Shown: positions 49,150 to 61,587, counted from the stretch's first letter. The stretch is 64,000 nt of DNA from Octopus sinensis (GCF_006345805.1 NW_021832226.1:558001-622000); one strand, 5' to 3'. Notes: generated by a model not told the origin, from the letters alone. A program made the numbers and translations.

Positions 49150-49720
49150 TAAATTTTATCAAAAAGTACAATAAAACTGGATCGTATAACAAACTATAAC
49201 GCGAAATTTAAATAAAAATTTTCAGAAGAATTGCAAAGTAAAACCATTTCTAACAAAAAAACACATGGTTTCCAGATTTGAGATCGTCAAAAGAATTCTT
49301 CAAATTTCAAACCATGATTTTAGATCAATAATCTTTTCTGATGAATATATTTTTGAATTATTACTGACCGAAAAAGGAAAAATTGTGTATAGAAGAAAAT
49401 TTGAAATAAATAAATCCGAAAATATTACTCCAACCGTCAACTTTGGGAAAGGTAAATTGTAATGTAATAAAAATTAGGGAAAGGTGGTGTTTGATTGTTT
49501 TTCTTAACATGGGGTAGGCAATTTGGTATTTGTAGACAAGACGCTTAATTCTTCAAAATATCAATTCATTTTGACCAATAATTTGGCACATTCTGCACAA
49601 AAAATGGAGACTGTTGATTATATTTTTCAACATGACAACGCTCAAAATTATACATCAAAAATGATCATTCAATATTTTCGCGAAAAACATATTACAAAGG
49701 AACATTGACCACAAAGCTCT
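49150..49720 (+). mobile_element. Tc1-like transposase remnant
   Basis: IIFSDEYIFEL, PTVNFGKG, GVGNLVFVD, YIFQHDNAQNYTSK. Confidence 0.8.
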
Positions 49721-50113
49721 AAAAAGCTTTTCTTCAGATACAAAGCCTCTATCGTTGATGTTCAAATTTATTATTTCACACTTCTTCAAGTTGATCTCTT
49801 GTGCCAAAACATGACAGGGAATTCAATTTCTATATTGGAAATTCAACTTCTTGAAGGTTGGTCATATTTTAAAGAAACACAGTACTGGAATCAAATGACT
49901 ACTTGATGTTTGAAATAGTATGGAGGCGTTTTTTCCTAACCAAATCTTACACATTCGTAAATTTCATAACGTAAAAAATTGGTCTAACAGGTCATTTCCT
50001 TAAAACAAGGCTTTATTGCAGGTCATTAAGAGAATCGATATTGACGAAGCAGTCTCTATAGATAAACTCTAAATAAGAACTTTCTATGAGTAAAGGAATA
50101 AGGAAAATAAATG

Positions 50114-50902
50114 TTATCTTAACTGAATTCGATAGACGTGAGATATTTCGTGCTGAAAGTGGTAGTTGTCAGAGCTACATTTTGGACACTTCATTCTCCG
50201 ACTGTACCAACAGAAAAATCTGTTCAAATCAGTAGATATCTGTGCATCACACTTCTGCAATTTAAAAATAAAGCAACCTTGCATCTAAGCATGAATTGAC
50301 AGCAGGGAAGGGCACTGAATATGTCGTACTCATTGAGAGTGCCAATCATGTAGTTGTCCCCTGACCACGGTTGGGAACACTTTAGGCACCTTAGCAAATT
50401 CGAGTTTGTTAAGCACCAAAGACAAATAGCACTCATAATTAGAGTGCCTGAGGAATGGTCGACCTGAAATACTGAATGGCAAATACAAATATTCCATTTT
50501 GGGAATGTTGGACAGAAGAGAGGAATAACAGACCATCAATAAGAGGATATGAGTCGTATATCGTCAATATTCGTCGACAAACACAGCAATCGAGGGACGT
50601 CACGTTGACTTTGCTGAGGCTGATTAACACAAAATTTCTCGTCTCGTCGTTTCCAAAGGGTCCGTCATCCTCGAGCTTAATATTATATGGATTTTGTTTG
50701 GTGATAAGTAACGAATTGAAAACTGACAGGTCACGACGACGCTGTCACTATACCCAGTCCGATCTTACTTGGAATATATTTCCGGACGAAATATGTTCCT
50801 GTTCAGTAAAGAGAGGAAATTCGTTCGATAATTTTTTTCTATGTTTGTTTAAATATTTAAAAACTCGGGTATTTTGTTGTCGGTTTTGACGACCAAGCCC
50901 AT
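50114..50902 (-). CDS. HECA: Headcase homolog (conserved C-terminal domain), 4 micro-introns
   Basis: SGNIFQ|RRRDLSVFNSL..NIKLEDD..CCVC..YPLIDGLLFLS..SAICLWCL..IGTLNEYDIFSALPCC..|KC..CPKC...YHF. Confidence 0.85.
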
Positions 50903-51219
50903 CAATGAAGCACTTTATTTATGGTTATAAAATTATATATTTAATACTAACATAAACTTGAATATTGAAAATTTTTTAACAGAAGAGTATAGTTCTTCTA
51001 TTTATGGTACAACGTAAAAAATAAGCTCACGAGACAGCATCAAGAACAAATCTTCAAAAAATGCCTTCAGAACTGAAGGGTCGGTTTGTCATTCCGATCT
51101 TAAGCCAATTAGGCAAGTAGAAAAAGAAACATCTAGTCTGAAAATTTGACTTTTAAGATAATTCCCAAGTTTTCCCGGTGCAATCTACGATAGTTTTTGG
51201 AGCGATGATTTGTCGGTGA

Positions 51220-51445
51220 CACAAAGTCGACGTCATCAGCATAAATTAGTTAAGTGATTGATTATCTCCTCACACATTTGTCGAGAAGGAGCTAGACGAT
51301 GTTGTTCCAAGGCGAACAGTAACACTTTTATCATTCTGATGTCATCTTCGTCTGGAAGTTCTGCTGGAACTTCATGAGCAGGTCTCGACCGATGGAGTCA
51401 AAGGCTCTTGACATATCAATTCCCATGATGGTTGTGGCAGAAAAG
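51220..51445 (-). mobile_element. RTE-like RT fragment
   Basis: GIDMSRAFDSIGRD, FYADDVDFVS. Confidence 0.65.
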
Positions 51446-51535
51446 CTAAAAATAGGAGAGAAGTAATTAATGTAACATTAATTCTAAATTTTACTCCAAT
51501 TAATAGGGTCACTTTAAACATTGAATTGTTTACTA

Positions 51536-53298
51536 CAGTCCGACCTTGAATTGGAACACTAAGTGTTCCAAAAACTGAGGTTTTTCCAAAAACTGAGGTT
51601 TTGTCAAAAAATTAATATCAATATACATTTAATAATTTAATTAATGCAAAAAAGTCTTAAATATTATTATTTATTGAAAATAGTCATCGATCCTTTTTCC
51701 ATAACTATAATTTTTCTTCAAACTACTGAACAAATTTTGTCTGAAACAGTAAAAATCATTTAACAAAATTGGAGCTATGTCTAGAACTGATTCTTCCAAT
51801 TCATTCACTTTTGTTACTACTTCTTTGACCGTAGTCTGTTTATTTTGCATACCACTGTAAAAAATTTCTTCATTATCGTGGCTTTCCGTATTTTCCAACA
51901 CTTCGTCTACAACTTGTTCTATAACATCATCCGTCAGATTATCAGAAACAACAAATATTTCATTGCCGAAAGCATTATCCCAACAATTTTTAATTATTTC
52001 GGAGGATACATTTTGCCACGATTTCGATACTATCATCAATGATTGGCGTAAATTAATTTTTTTAAGTAAGTCGCAGTAAAAATCTTCTTCATCTATACAA
52101 CAAATAAATTCAATTAACGCCTTCGAATAATTATCTTTAAAAGCTTTGATTATCCCATTATCCAATGGTTGAAGAATTAGAGTTGTATTTTTGGGTAAAA
52201 ACAGCAATTCGATATTTGAGAGCGATTTATTTTCATGACACGAAGCGTTATCAAGAATTATTAAAATTTTTCTCTTTTCCATTTTCATTCGTTCATTCAC
52301 TAAGAATAACCATTGAATAAAAATATCTCTTGTCATCCAGGCATTTTTGGAAGATGAGTACATAGCACCATAATCCTCAGGGTTAAAATTTCTGAAACAT
52401 CTGGGATTTTTAAATTTCCCGATTATTAAAGGATCAAATTTTTGGCCTGAATAACTGCAGCAAAAGAGCAAAGAAATTTTTTCCTTATTTATTTTAGAAC
52501 CTGACGCTTTTTTATTTTTTTGTACGAATGATTTTTTTGGGGTCTTTTTTATAAAAAGACAAGTTTCATCAATGTTAAAGATATTATTTTTTCCAAATTG
52601 ATGAATTTTTTCATGGAAAATTTTTAAAAATGATTGAATTCCATCACGATTACATGAGTTTTTTTCGCCGCTAAGGATTTTGAATTTCAGTTCATGTCTT
52701 TTTTTAAAATTCATTAACCAACCATTCGATACTTTAAAGCTTGTAATGTTCAATTTACCCGCAATTTTCAAACCTTAAAACAATGTGAGAAAAAGTAAAA
52801 TTACCAATTTTTTTGATAAGAGGACCGAAACTGGAATATTTTGGAGCCGTAATTGTTGAAAAACGTCGATAACTTTACTATCCAATGTTTTAAAAATATC
52901 GTCAGTTTTTGTTTCAGTCCGAAAATTTGGAATAATGTTCCCACAGGTTATTTGCGGCGTAATCGTTTTTTATTCAAGCAATTGTGCCAATGCTCGTTTC
53001 ATATTTTTGAGAAAGTACTCTGTGTGAATGACTTTTTAGTTGTCGAGCAATTTCAAACTTTTTCTCGTAACTGAGACCCATAATGATTTAGCGTGGAGTT
53101 TTTTTAATCCAAATTAATTAATTTTTTTAATGACTAGAAATAAATAATAATAATAAATTTTGTTCCAAATCGATGTTTTCATTTAAAAGGAATTATTTAT
53201 TCTAGGCAGAGATCCTACAAAGTGTTCCAAAAACTGAGGTTGTTCCAAAAACTGAGGTGTTCCAGCCCCGAGGTCTGTTCCAAATCGAGGTCGGACTG
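51536..53298 (-). mobile_element. Full-length Tigger/pogo transposon (TIRs, TA TSD); CENP-B HTH plus DDE transposase with a 31-nt intron; HTH region disabled
   Basis: TA|CAGTCCGACC..GGTCGGACTG|TA; ORF 51671-52771 has SNGWLMNFKKRH, IFNIDET, LDNASCH, LQPLDNGII; N-terminal exon has stops and frameshifts. Confidence 0.92.
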
Positions 53299-53319
53299 TA
53301 ATATTTTACGTTTAAAATA

Positions 53320-53697
53320 AATACGACACGGAGACTAGGACCGCTTTAATTAAGACACGGATGTCATCATTCTTAGATTTTCGGTCGAGAGCCCGACCTC
53401 TTTAAGAACGCGATTACAAAGTTAAAAAAGGAAGTTGATGCGTCTGTCCTAATCTAGTCATCTCGCTATTGTCCAGGTGATCCCATCATTCTCGTCTGCA
53501 ATAAGGTCGATTTGAAGACTTTCACATCTGTTTCTTTTGAGGGAGGCAACAGGGCATTCTCGATTATACCACCCCGGGATTACTCCGAGTGTTCTGCTTG
53601 TACGTTTGTGGGGATTAAGAAAGTCTTTGAGGAGGCAGTGCGTATTGAAATATCCGAGAAGCAGAATAAACTTTGTTTTATTCTTCGAACTGCTTAA
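53320..53697 (+). pseudogene. Rho-family (Rac/Cdc42-like) GTPase pseudogene, 3' half
   Basis: TDVIILRFSVESPTS, YCPGDPIILVCNKVDLK, YSECSACTFVGIKKVFEEAVR; frameshifts; no P-loop in this fragment. Confidence 0.65.
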
Positions 53698-53962
53698 TTC
53701 ATTTACTTCCTGCATATTATTGAATCTTAATGATTATGCCTATTACACAATGTTAATTAATGTCAGTACTTTACTCTGAACCCTAATCTCATTCTGATAA
53801 GCATGCCAAACTTAACTCGGTCTTTATAAAGCAGGAGAAAAGCTCTTTACGGACAATAAGTATTAAATTATTTTAATAAAAGATTAATTAAAAGAATTAA
53901 TAAATAAATAGTAAATTAAAACAATAAAACATATTAATAAAATACATTTATTTGAGGTCGGA

Positions 53963-55316
53963 ATGTCCGATATTGTGGATTACTCAGAAGAGAATGGAAT
54001 TGATGTATTGTCACATCTAATACATAGATCGAGTCTTTTCCAGTAGAGACAAGCATAGTGAGCTACCACAAAGTGGGAGAAGGGATGAATTCCTATGTAC
54101 TTTTTGTCATAACTTCCAAAGTAATTATTCGTAATTAAAAAACAGTTCGACCTACCAGAACTGAGTGGGGAAATCACAGTAGAACGTAGATTCAGTGACT
54201 TTATTGGTCTCTACGAACGACTCCACGAAAAGGTTTCCCACTACGGATTTTTTTTGCCTTTGCCCCCAGAGAAAGACGCCACAAGTTTCAATCCTATTTT
54301 TACTCGGCAGGCAGTCAGAAAATGGAGAATATTTCATTTCTGGCCAAGAGAAGGGCTTCTCTTGAACAGTGAGGGGTGTTGTGATAAATAGATTTCTTAA
54401 ATTGCTGTGTTCGCATCATTTTCTGCACAAGGACTCCCTTGTCATTGAATTTCTCAGCAGAAAGGATCCCCTTCCGAAGACTCCCAAAGCAGTCTCTGGG
54501 ACAGGGCTCCTCAAGTTTGTAGGGAGAATGGCCTCGGCAGTGGAGCTCAAGAGATTTAAGGAACCAGAACCCGACCAAGTACTCTGCTTTGTAACATTCC
54601 CAGTGGTTTATTGACACTCTCAATCGAATTAACGCAGTAGAGACTGACCTTAAAGGTCTCTATGGACATATTCATCATCTTTCTACATATCGGAAGGGTT
54701 AGTCCTTTTGCCTAGTCTCAGAAATTTCTTCTTCCCTCGAATCAGCTGCCTCTGCGATATCTCTGTTGAGTAATATGGACGAATCATACGTACTCTCTCG
54801 TGCCTTTTCCTCCCTGTCGGACACTGAGCATCAGTTAAGTCGAGTTTATGAAGACCAGTTTATGACTGACCTATATTTTGCCGAGTCGTACAATACCTAT
54901 ATCTCTCTTATCGAAGCCATCAAGGCATTTCTTTTGTCTAATCCTCAGAAATCTTTTAATCAGAGGACTCACTTGTTCAAGGCATTAACTACTGCCAATG
55001 CTAATTTGGTTAAAAAGACGGATCAGCTGAGCAAGGCAGAGACTCTCAATAGACTGGACAAACTGGAAAGAGCCAAAGACGAGTTGGAAGAGGTAACCTA
55101 GAGTGTTCATTGCAGGCTAAAACAGCTAAAAACATAGCTCAGCGTGACTTTGATTCAATATCGAATAACATTAAAAAGGAAATGGCCATATTTGATAAAA
55201 AAAATGATGGGTACTTTCGTGGTTCAATGGTCGAATATTTACGCTCTCTTCTCTCCAACCAGACCAAAATTACTTCTATTTGGGAGGGGTTCCAGGATGT
55301 TATTGATGAACTTTAA
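53963..55316 (+). CDS. SNX1: Sorting nexin 1/2 (Vps5-like PX-BAR), with micro-introns
   Basis: KVGEGMNSYVLFVITSK, VERRFSDFIGLYERLHEK..PLPPEK, RRASLEQ, HPVL-like HHFL..FL, BAR helices ending ..IWEGFQ; SNX1 versus SNX2 not resolved. Confidence 0.85.
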
Positions 55317-55779
55317 TTAACACATACATTACTAATCAGATTTTTCTTTATTACTTGATGTTTCGTTTATTACGTAGACATTTCTCTTATTTCTTTCAGT
55401 CCCGTTTTACAAATATTTAGATAAAAATTCATAGTCTAGCCTCTTTTGAGCACCGAAAAATGCTTAGTTTTATTTTGTTTGTACTCAGAAAATCATTATT
55501 TTTTAATTTACCTTTGCAAAATCTTGATCTTTGTATATAATCTTGAAATGTGTATATTTGTGAGTCATTCCTTAATTTCTTCATCTTTGACAGAATAGAA
55601 ATGACCATTTTTTGTGACGGTATGTTTTCGCAGATATTCCTTCATGTAATGGAAACTTTCTGTTATTTGAATCGAAGTCGTTTCTTAATACAGTCAGACC
55701 TCGGTTTGAGCCAATTCGTGGCTCATAAACCGAGGTTCACTAATATTTTTGAAACTAATTAACTAATTAATTACCTAAC

Positions 55780-57480
55780 TAAGTCAAGAGCCTTAGAAAT
55801 GAACAGAGGATGGCACTCCACGCACCACCTACCATTCTTCATCCTTTTTTCTGGCTTGTAGACCTTCGAAAAAGTGCAATCCAAATTTCATCACACGGAA
55901 TGACATGGACTTTGCACTGATGCATCACCCCTAGCTCGTTTGCTAGGAGGTCATAGTTTCTTCTTTTCTCCACTTTTACTGTCTGCGAACAATCTAAGCA
56001 CTTGATGCCCATTTCCACGATAACGATCTCCCCGGGAACCTTATCATGAACCAAAATTTCGTCTCAAGCCATACTTATTGCAGAACAGAAGATGGAGGTA
56101 TCTCACCACCTCGTTATGCCTCCATATGCAATCATGGTAAAGCGTATTCCTGCACTTCGTGGCTAACTGGTCAACGGTCATCGCCTTACTTTTACAGTGG
56201 TTACACTGTTTCCGTTAACTATTAAAAACGTTTCTATCTTGCAAATATGAGAATAACCCTTCAGATCTGGAAAAGTTATTCATATATTTCAGCCACGTTG
56301 ATGACTACTATACGTCAATGTGCGAGTTGTCCAGGCTGCTAAAGAGAGTCTTCTGAAGGACTTTTAAGTTTATTTTTTTATTAGAATCTCCCTCTGAAGT
56401 TTGATAAACTTCTTCACATTAACTTGGGTAGCACCCAGATTATACTTAGCTGACAGGGGTGTGTACCACGCGCTTTTTCAACAGCTAAAATGGGAGCCTT
56501 CTTTAGGGATACACTCGACCCACTCCTCAAGGCGTCGTGCATCCTAGTAAGAATGTACGACGTTACTCAGTCCACGTCCTGGTTACCGCGAGACAAGTTT
56601 AATCTCTCCTTATTGCTTGCCAACACGTGGACGTGATTCTCTCGTAGTACTCTTCGGACAATAAAGTCCATATCATCGCACTCACTCGAGTAGAATTTGA
56701 TCAGGCCAACGTAGTAATTTAGCTATGAGATCGCGTACTCGTTCAAAACATGAAATAAGTTTCATGCATAGAAGCGAGTACATTGCTTTACATTGCTTCC
56801 ATACTACGAACACCTTTCATTACAAACTTTCATTTTTGGTGTGATTAATGAGGCCGGGCTCTCAACCACGCAAAGATATTTATATTTTTGGTGCTCTTCC
56901 AAGATTTTGACTAGGTCACCACACACAAGGGTGTTAGTTGCCGACTCGTTGTACTTCAGACCCACGACCTTTATAAAACCTTTCAAGGCGTTGTCCATCG
57001 AGTGGAGGATCTCTGAAGACCGAGCGAACAGTTTAATGTCGTCTATGAACATGAGATGGTTGGTCCTAAAACACCCTCTTTCATGTTCGATCGACATTTG
57101 TTCGAATCGGACAGTGAGGACTCTACTCAGCGGTCTAGGCAGAGGACAAACAGCAGCAGGGACATATTCGCTCTGTAGTATTCCCCTCTCTAGCTTAACC
57201 TCGCCTATATTGCATTTGTTGTAGTGTAGAAGTACGTTCCACTCGTCAAAATTTGTTCGAATCGGACAGTGAGGACTCTATTCAGTGGTCTAAGCAGAGG
57301 ACAAACAGCGGCAGGGACATATTGCCTATATTGCATTTGTTGTAGTGTAGAAGCACGTTTCACTTGTCCATCACAGTTGCAACAAATTCAATAAACCACG
57401 AAGGCAACTTGAGACTTCTAAGACACTCAACAAGGTAGGCATGGTCAACCGAGTCATATATGCCTTTTCCATGTCTACCC
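55780..57480 (-). mobile_element. R4-like retroelement remnants (RT, post-RT, REL) with a local ~100-bp duplication near 57100-57350
   Basis: NHLMFIDDIKLFA, YKYLCVVE, VKVEKRRNYDLLANELG. Confidence 0.8.
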
Positions 57481-57489
57481 ACATCGGCA

Positions 57490-57810
57490 CTAATGAGTTT
57501 TGGAAGGAATAAAACAGTCTAGGAAGTTGAAGACCCACTCTGTTCAGTCAACTGTCTTTAATGAAAACTCCTTAAAAGTCCAATATTCAACACGTGCTCA
57601 TGTTCAGATTAAAAAAACACTGGAGAGGACACGTCTGGAATACAAAATCTTAGCTACGGAGGCGAATTATGCAATCAATGAACGACTAAGTGGAAAAAGC
57701 AGCCACCAAGAGACATCAGAGGAACCTGTCGAGAATATAGACGGTGTATCCCTGTCCACGAATCTGGCAAAAGGAAACGGATCGGAAGCAAAGAGGAGGA
57801 AACTGTAACC
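57490..57810 (+). mobile_element. R4-like 3' ORF tail
   Basis: ORF 57500-57808 is similar to the tails of 8569-9066 and 40148-40408. Confidence 0.55.
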
Positions 57811-57824
57811 AAAATTATCATAAG

Positions 57825-60800
57825 AATAGAATAGAATAGTATTTATTGACCGAAAAGAAAAACAAGGAAGAAATCATTAACGGGGAGATAAAAACAAGGC
57901 ACCGAAGTGTCTCTTTCCATGCGTATCCCCAATTGTAGTCATAGTTGACAACAATTCTCCAAGACCATCCGGATCGTGGGCACAGAGGATTCTTGTGAGT
58001 CTTTTAACCTTCCGTCAAGTTGTACTCCGTAAGCCAGTTTCATAGTGAAACGTCTTGTCTTTTCCAAACTGTTCGATCAGATAGTCACTCTCCTCCGTAC
58101 CGTACCAGCCCTCGTAGCCATATGTGAGGACTGGCTGCACACACGTTTTGTATACGTAGATGTACGTTTCCGGATTCAGATGGAACCTGGTTAAGCTTTT
58201 GAGGATCCTCACACTCCTCTTTCTCTGATTTGCTATATGATCTGCGTACGAGCCACGACAGTTGATGGTTGTTGCTCCCAGGTAATAAAGATTTTTGCTT
58301 TTCGAGAGATCCATCACATAACTACTCATCGCATATGCACACGACTCCACATAGCGACTCCCTCTCCGCAACCATGAAATAATGCTCTTCTCCGGTGCTA
58401 GGGTCAAACCCTTCTCTATAGTCCACATCTTTAGCGTTGCAATGTATGATTTAAGTCGTCTCCAAGACTGCGATATCCTTTTCGAGGTATCCATGACCAG
58501 GATATCGTCAGCATAGATGACGAGCTTGCCAGTACGTGTCGACGGCAGAGGAATGTCCGACAAGAAGAGGTTGAACAGAAGTGGACTCAAGATAGATCCC
58601 TGCGGGACTCCCCTTCTAAGTTCCACACACCCCGATAGGCGGTTTCCACAGCGGACAAATGATTGTCTTCCTGACAAGAAGCTTTCCAGCCATCGATAGG
58701 TCTTTATCCCGGCTCCGGTGTCATGGACTCTGGAGAGTAGGCCCAGGTGCCACACGCTATCGAAGGCTTTGGCCAGGTCTAGACACACCACAGTTAGCCA
58801 TGCTTTATTTCTGTCAGCACGGGATAATTGGTGCTCTAACTCCCTGAGGCAGTCCCCTGTGGATCTTCCTTCACAAAATCCCCATTGTTCGGGTAAAAGC
58901 AAATTTTGTGATTCTATATGACCAGAGAGTCTGTTAAAGACAATCTTTTCCATTGTCTTAGAGAAAACACAAATGAGGCTAATTGGCCGGTAGTTCTGTG
59001 CCAGCAGTGTCGATTTACCAGATTTTGGAATCATTCGAACAATCGTATGCTTCCACGCCGATGGAAGGTGTCCGAACGTCCAGCTGGCGTGAAACAACAT
59101 AGTCAGTGCTCGTATCAAGATTTCAGGGGCCTTCTTTAACAACTTCTGAGGGATGTAGTCGAAGCCAGGCGCCTTGTTCTTCAACCCAGCAATTGCCCTT
59201 TCAACCTCTTCCTGTGTTATCGCCCCACATAATGGTCCCTCCGATAATTGCGAAGAGCCAAGCTTCTTCACAATTCGGTCATAAGTCCCTCGTGGAACGG
59301 TAGATTCGACCTCTTGAACCTGACTGAGTTGGTTCCTGAGTACTTCCGGGATACGATCAGAGGAGATATATTTCCCGTCTGGTTCTTTTAGTGAAATTTC
59401 AAATCCTTTGGCATCATTTCTGGTAAGGCGTTGATATGCTTTCCAGAAATTAGGGTTTCGCTTATCCAGTTTTCTGCATTCAGACCTCCATTTACTTTCG
59501 ACCTCAGTCTTGGCCATTTTTGCAATAGTAGATTTTATCTTGTCGATCTCCAATTTCAGGCGGCATTTGATTGACTCAACCCGGCATCTTTTCCTGCGAT
59601 TTTCCAGAGTACCTTTCGTTCTGATCAGAGTGACAAGTTTCGAATTCATCCGCTTTTGCGTTCCTTTGGGTTTCCATACATTTTTTAATGCATGAACATC
59701 CAGGAATTTTATGATTGACGATCTAAGGTGATCATCGAGATTGTCAATATCATCTCTGCCTCTCAGAGGATGGAACACAACATTTCGAAGAGAATCCCGC
59801 ATATATGATTCGAATAAACTCCAGTTCATATTCACGAGGTTGTAACCAATGAACAGGTCCTCCGCAACATTCATAGTCATCTTTATCAACATCGTTTGCG
59901 GCACGTGGTCAGAGCCAATGTCCGCTTCCAACCTCGGTATGTAACATAAAGGACTAATTGATGCCGAGCATAGAAAGAGACCCAAGCGATCAGCCATCCT
60001 CTGTCTGCATAATGATTCAGTTCTTTCGATGTAAATACCGAAAAACCCAAGCTACTGGCCAAGTCTTCAAGGACAGTCCCATCCATATTCGTAGTTTCAC
60101 ATCCATAACTCACATTTTTGGCATTAAGATCTCCTGCTAGGATTGACAGGCAATTTTCCTCAAAGAACGTCCCAATAACGTTTGAATAGCGCCTTAGCGA
60201 CTTTGAGTAAATTCCCTCGACGGTTAGCCAGCCAGCAGTCGTGTGCAACTCGAGCACAATAAGTTCACAGAGTGACTCCTCCACAATTCTGATGTTTCTT
60301 ACCTTAAGGTTCGCCCTGTAGTAGACTGAGGTTCCTGTTCCCGCCACTGAGTTTATTTTCCATGGTATATTAATAGACTTATAGCCTTCGAATTCCACCC
60401 TCGTAGCTTCCTTCAGCTTAGACTCATTGATAATCAATATGTGAGATTTCGCTGTGGCCAGCAGGAGCCTCAGCTCCGATGCCCGTCTCGCAAGCGAGCG
60501 GGCATTTGTGATCGTTATTACGATCAATCCTTCCGCCTTCGGCGACTGACCTCCCGTGGGAGCGCCGCCACCTTGGTTAAAAGAGACGTATCCATTGTAT
60601 GCTTTCCAGCCATTTCGAAGGCTTGCTCCTCTATCAAGTCCGGAGATTCATTTGACTTTGGCTTCCTTCTGGTCGTTTTTGTTAAGGGGCCCGTTTTCAC
60701 ATTGCTCACTTTCTGTGGAACACAGATCGGGTCTGTCTGCATGCCAAACTCGACAGTCATCGGCACTCCATTGTTCCCTGCATCGGGGAACTCAGCGTCC

Positions 60801-60995
60801 GTCTGTACACCAACATCAGAGACATTCAGGACTGTCTGTTTCTTAGCAATTTTTCCTTCCATGAGTTTCTCATTCGAAACTTTCATGTAAGGTGCCTTCC
60901 TTTCGAGAAATTGATTATTTGGGATGTCCTTAGGATCTCCCAAAGAGTTTTCCGTTTTAACTTTTTCATAAGATATTTTTTCACTTTGATTAATT
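57825..60995 (-). mobile_element. Near full-length APE-RT LINE (L2/CR1/Jockey-like): partial ORF1, APE, RT; frameshifted and 5'-truncated
   Basis: APE: TNARSL, INESKL, AGDLNAK, GSDHVP. RT: YRPISL, QWGFCEGRST, LDLAKAFDSVWH, VPQGSILSP, YADD. 3' end has AATAAA followed by (CTATT)n. A frameshift near 59995 splits APE from RT. Confidence 0.92.
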
Positions 60996-61045
60996 TACTA
61001 GTGTGGATTTAATTAATAATTTTTACCACGTTATAAAACAATTTA

Positions 61046-61587
61046 ATGAGACTGTTGGTTCATTTATGAGTTTGTCATTTATAGTTTTTTTGTTCCGGCT
61101 GTTTAAACCGAAAAGAAATTCTTTTGGAAATGCATCGGGAGTATGGGAAACAACTAAACTTGACAATGTAAAAAAATAATTTATTAATATGACAGAATGT
61201 CTGTAACGAGTTCGGTTGATATAGATTATGATTCACTTGATGAGGTCACTCACATCATATACTTGATTGATTTATCCACTTTTCATAACTTGGACGAGGC
61301 CGTTACACACTATAATCGATTGAGGGAAGAACAAATATTGATAGATACAGCTTTTATTGCTCTTAACTGTACACGAACAATAAAAATATATTTGCAGACA
61401 ATTTAGAGGAAACAGATACAAATACTACTTTCCTGGAAAATTTCTCAAATTTGTACAAAGTTCCACTTCTTTTTGCAAATGCCAATGTATGTCCTTTTTC
61501 CATTTTTAGGATCATTTCGCCATTCAAAGATTGGTTTTCCGTCTTGCAGTGTTTGTCCAGAGTTCTCATTATCTTGACTTGATTTAA
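61046..61587 (+). CDS. Small GTPase-fold protein lacking a P-loop; tentative CENP-M-like pseudo-GTPase; 4 introns (27, 28, 29, 23 nt)
   Basis: Four GT-AG micro-introns give one open frame: MRLL|FFCSGCLNRKEILLEM..|..VTHIIYLIDLS..TAFIALNY|..FSNLYKVPLLFANAN|DHFAIQRLVFRL.. Confidence 0.5.

Noticed and set aside
50476-50889. 137-aa plus-strand ORF
   Set aside because: Antisense to the Headcase exons.
51225-51240. CTGATGA on the minus strand as a hammerhead ribozyme core
   Set aside because: These are the YADD codons of an RT fragment; no flanking stems.
52900-53080. In-frame TGA codons in the Tigger N-terminus as evidence of a variant genetic code
   Set aside because: Frameshifts co-occur, and host genes (ENY2, CROCC, POLE4) end in TGA normally.
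53221-53298. Short tandem repeats as a CRISPR array
   Set aside because: No unique spacers, eukaryotic context, and they are part of the transposon terminus.
58517-60890. Plus-strand ORFs over the LINE
   Set aside because: Antisense shadows of RT, APE and ORF1.
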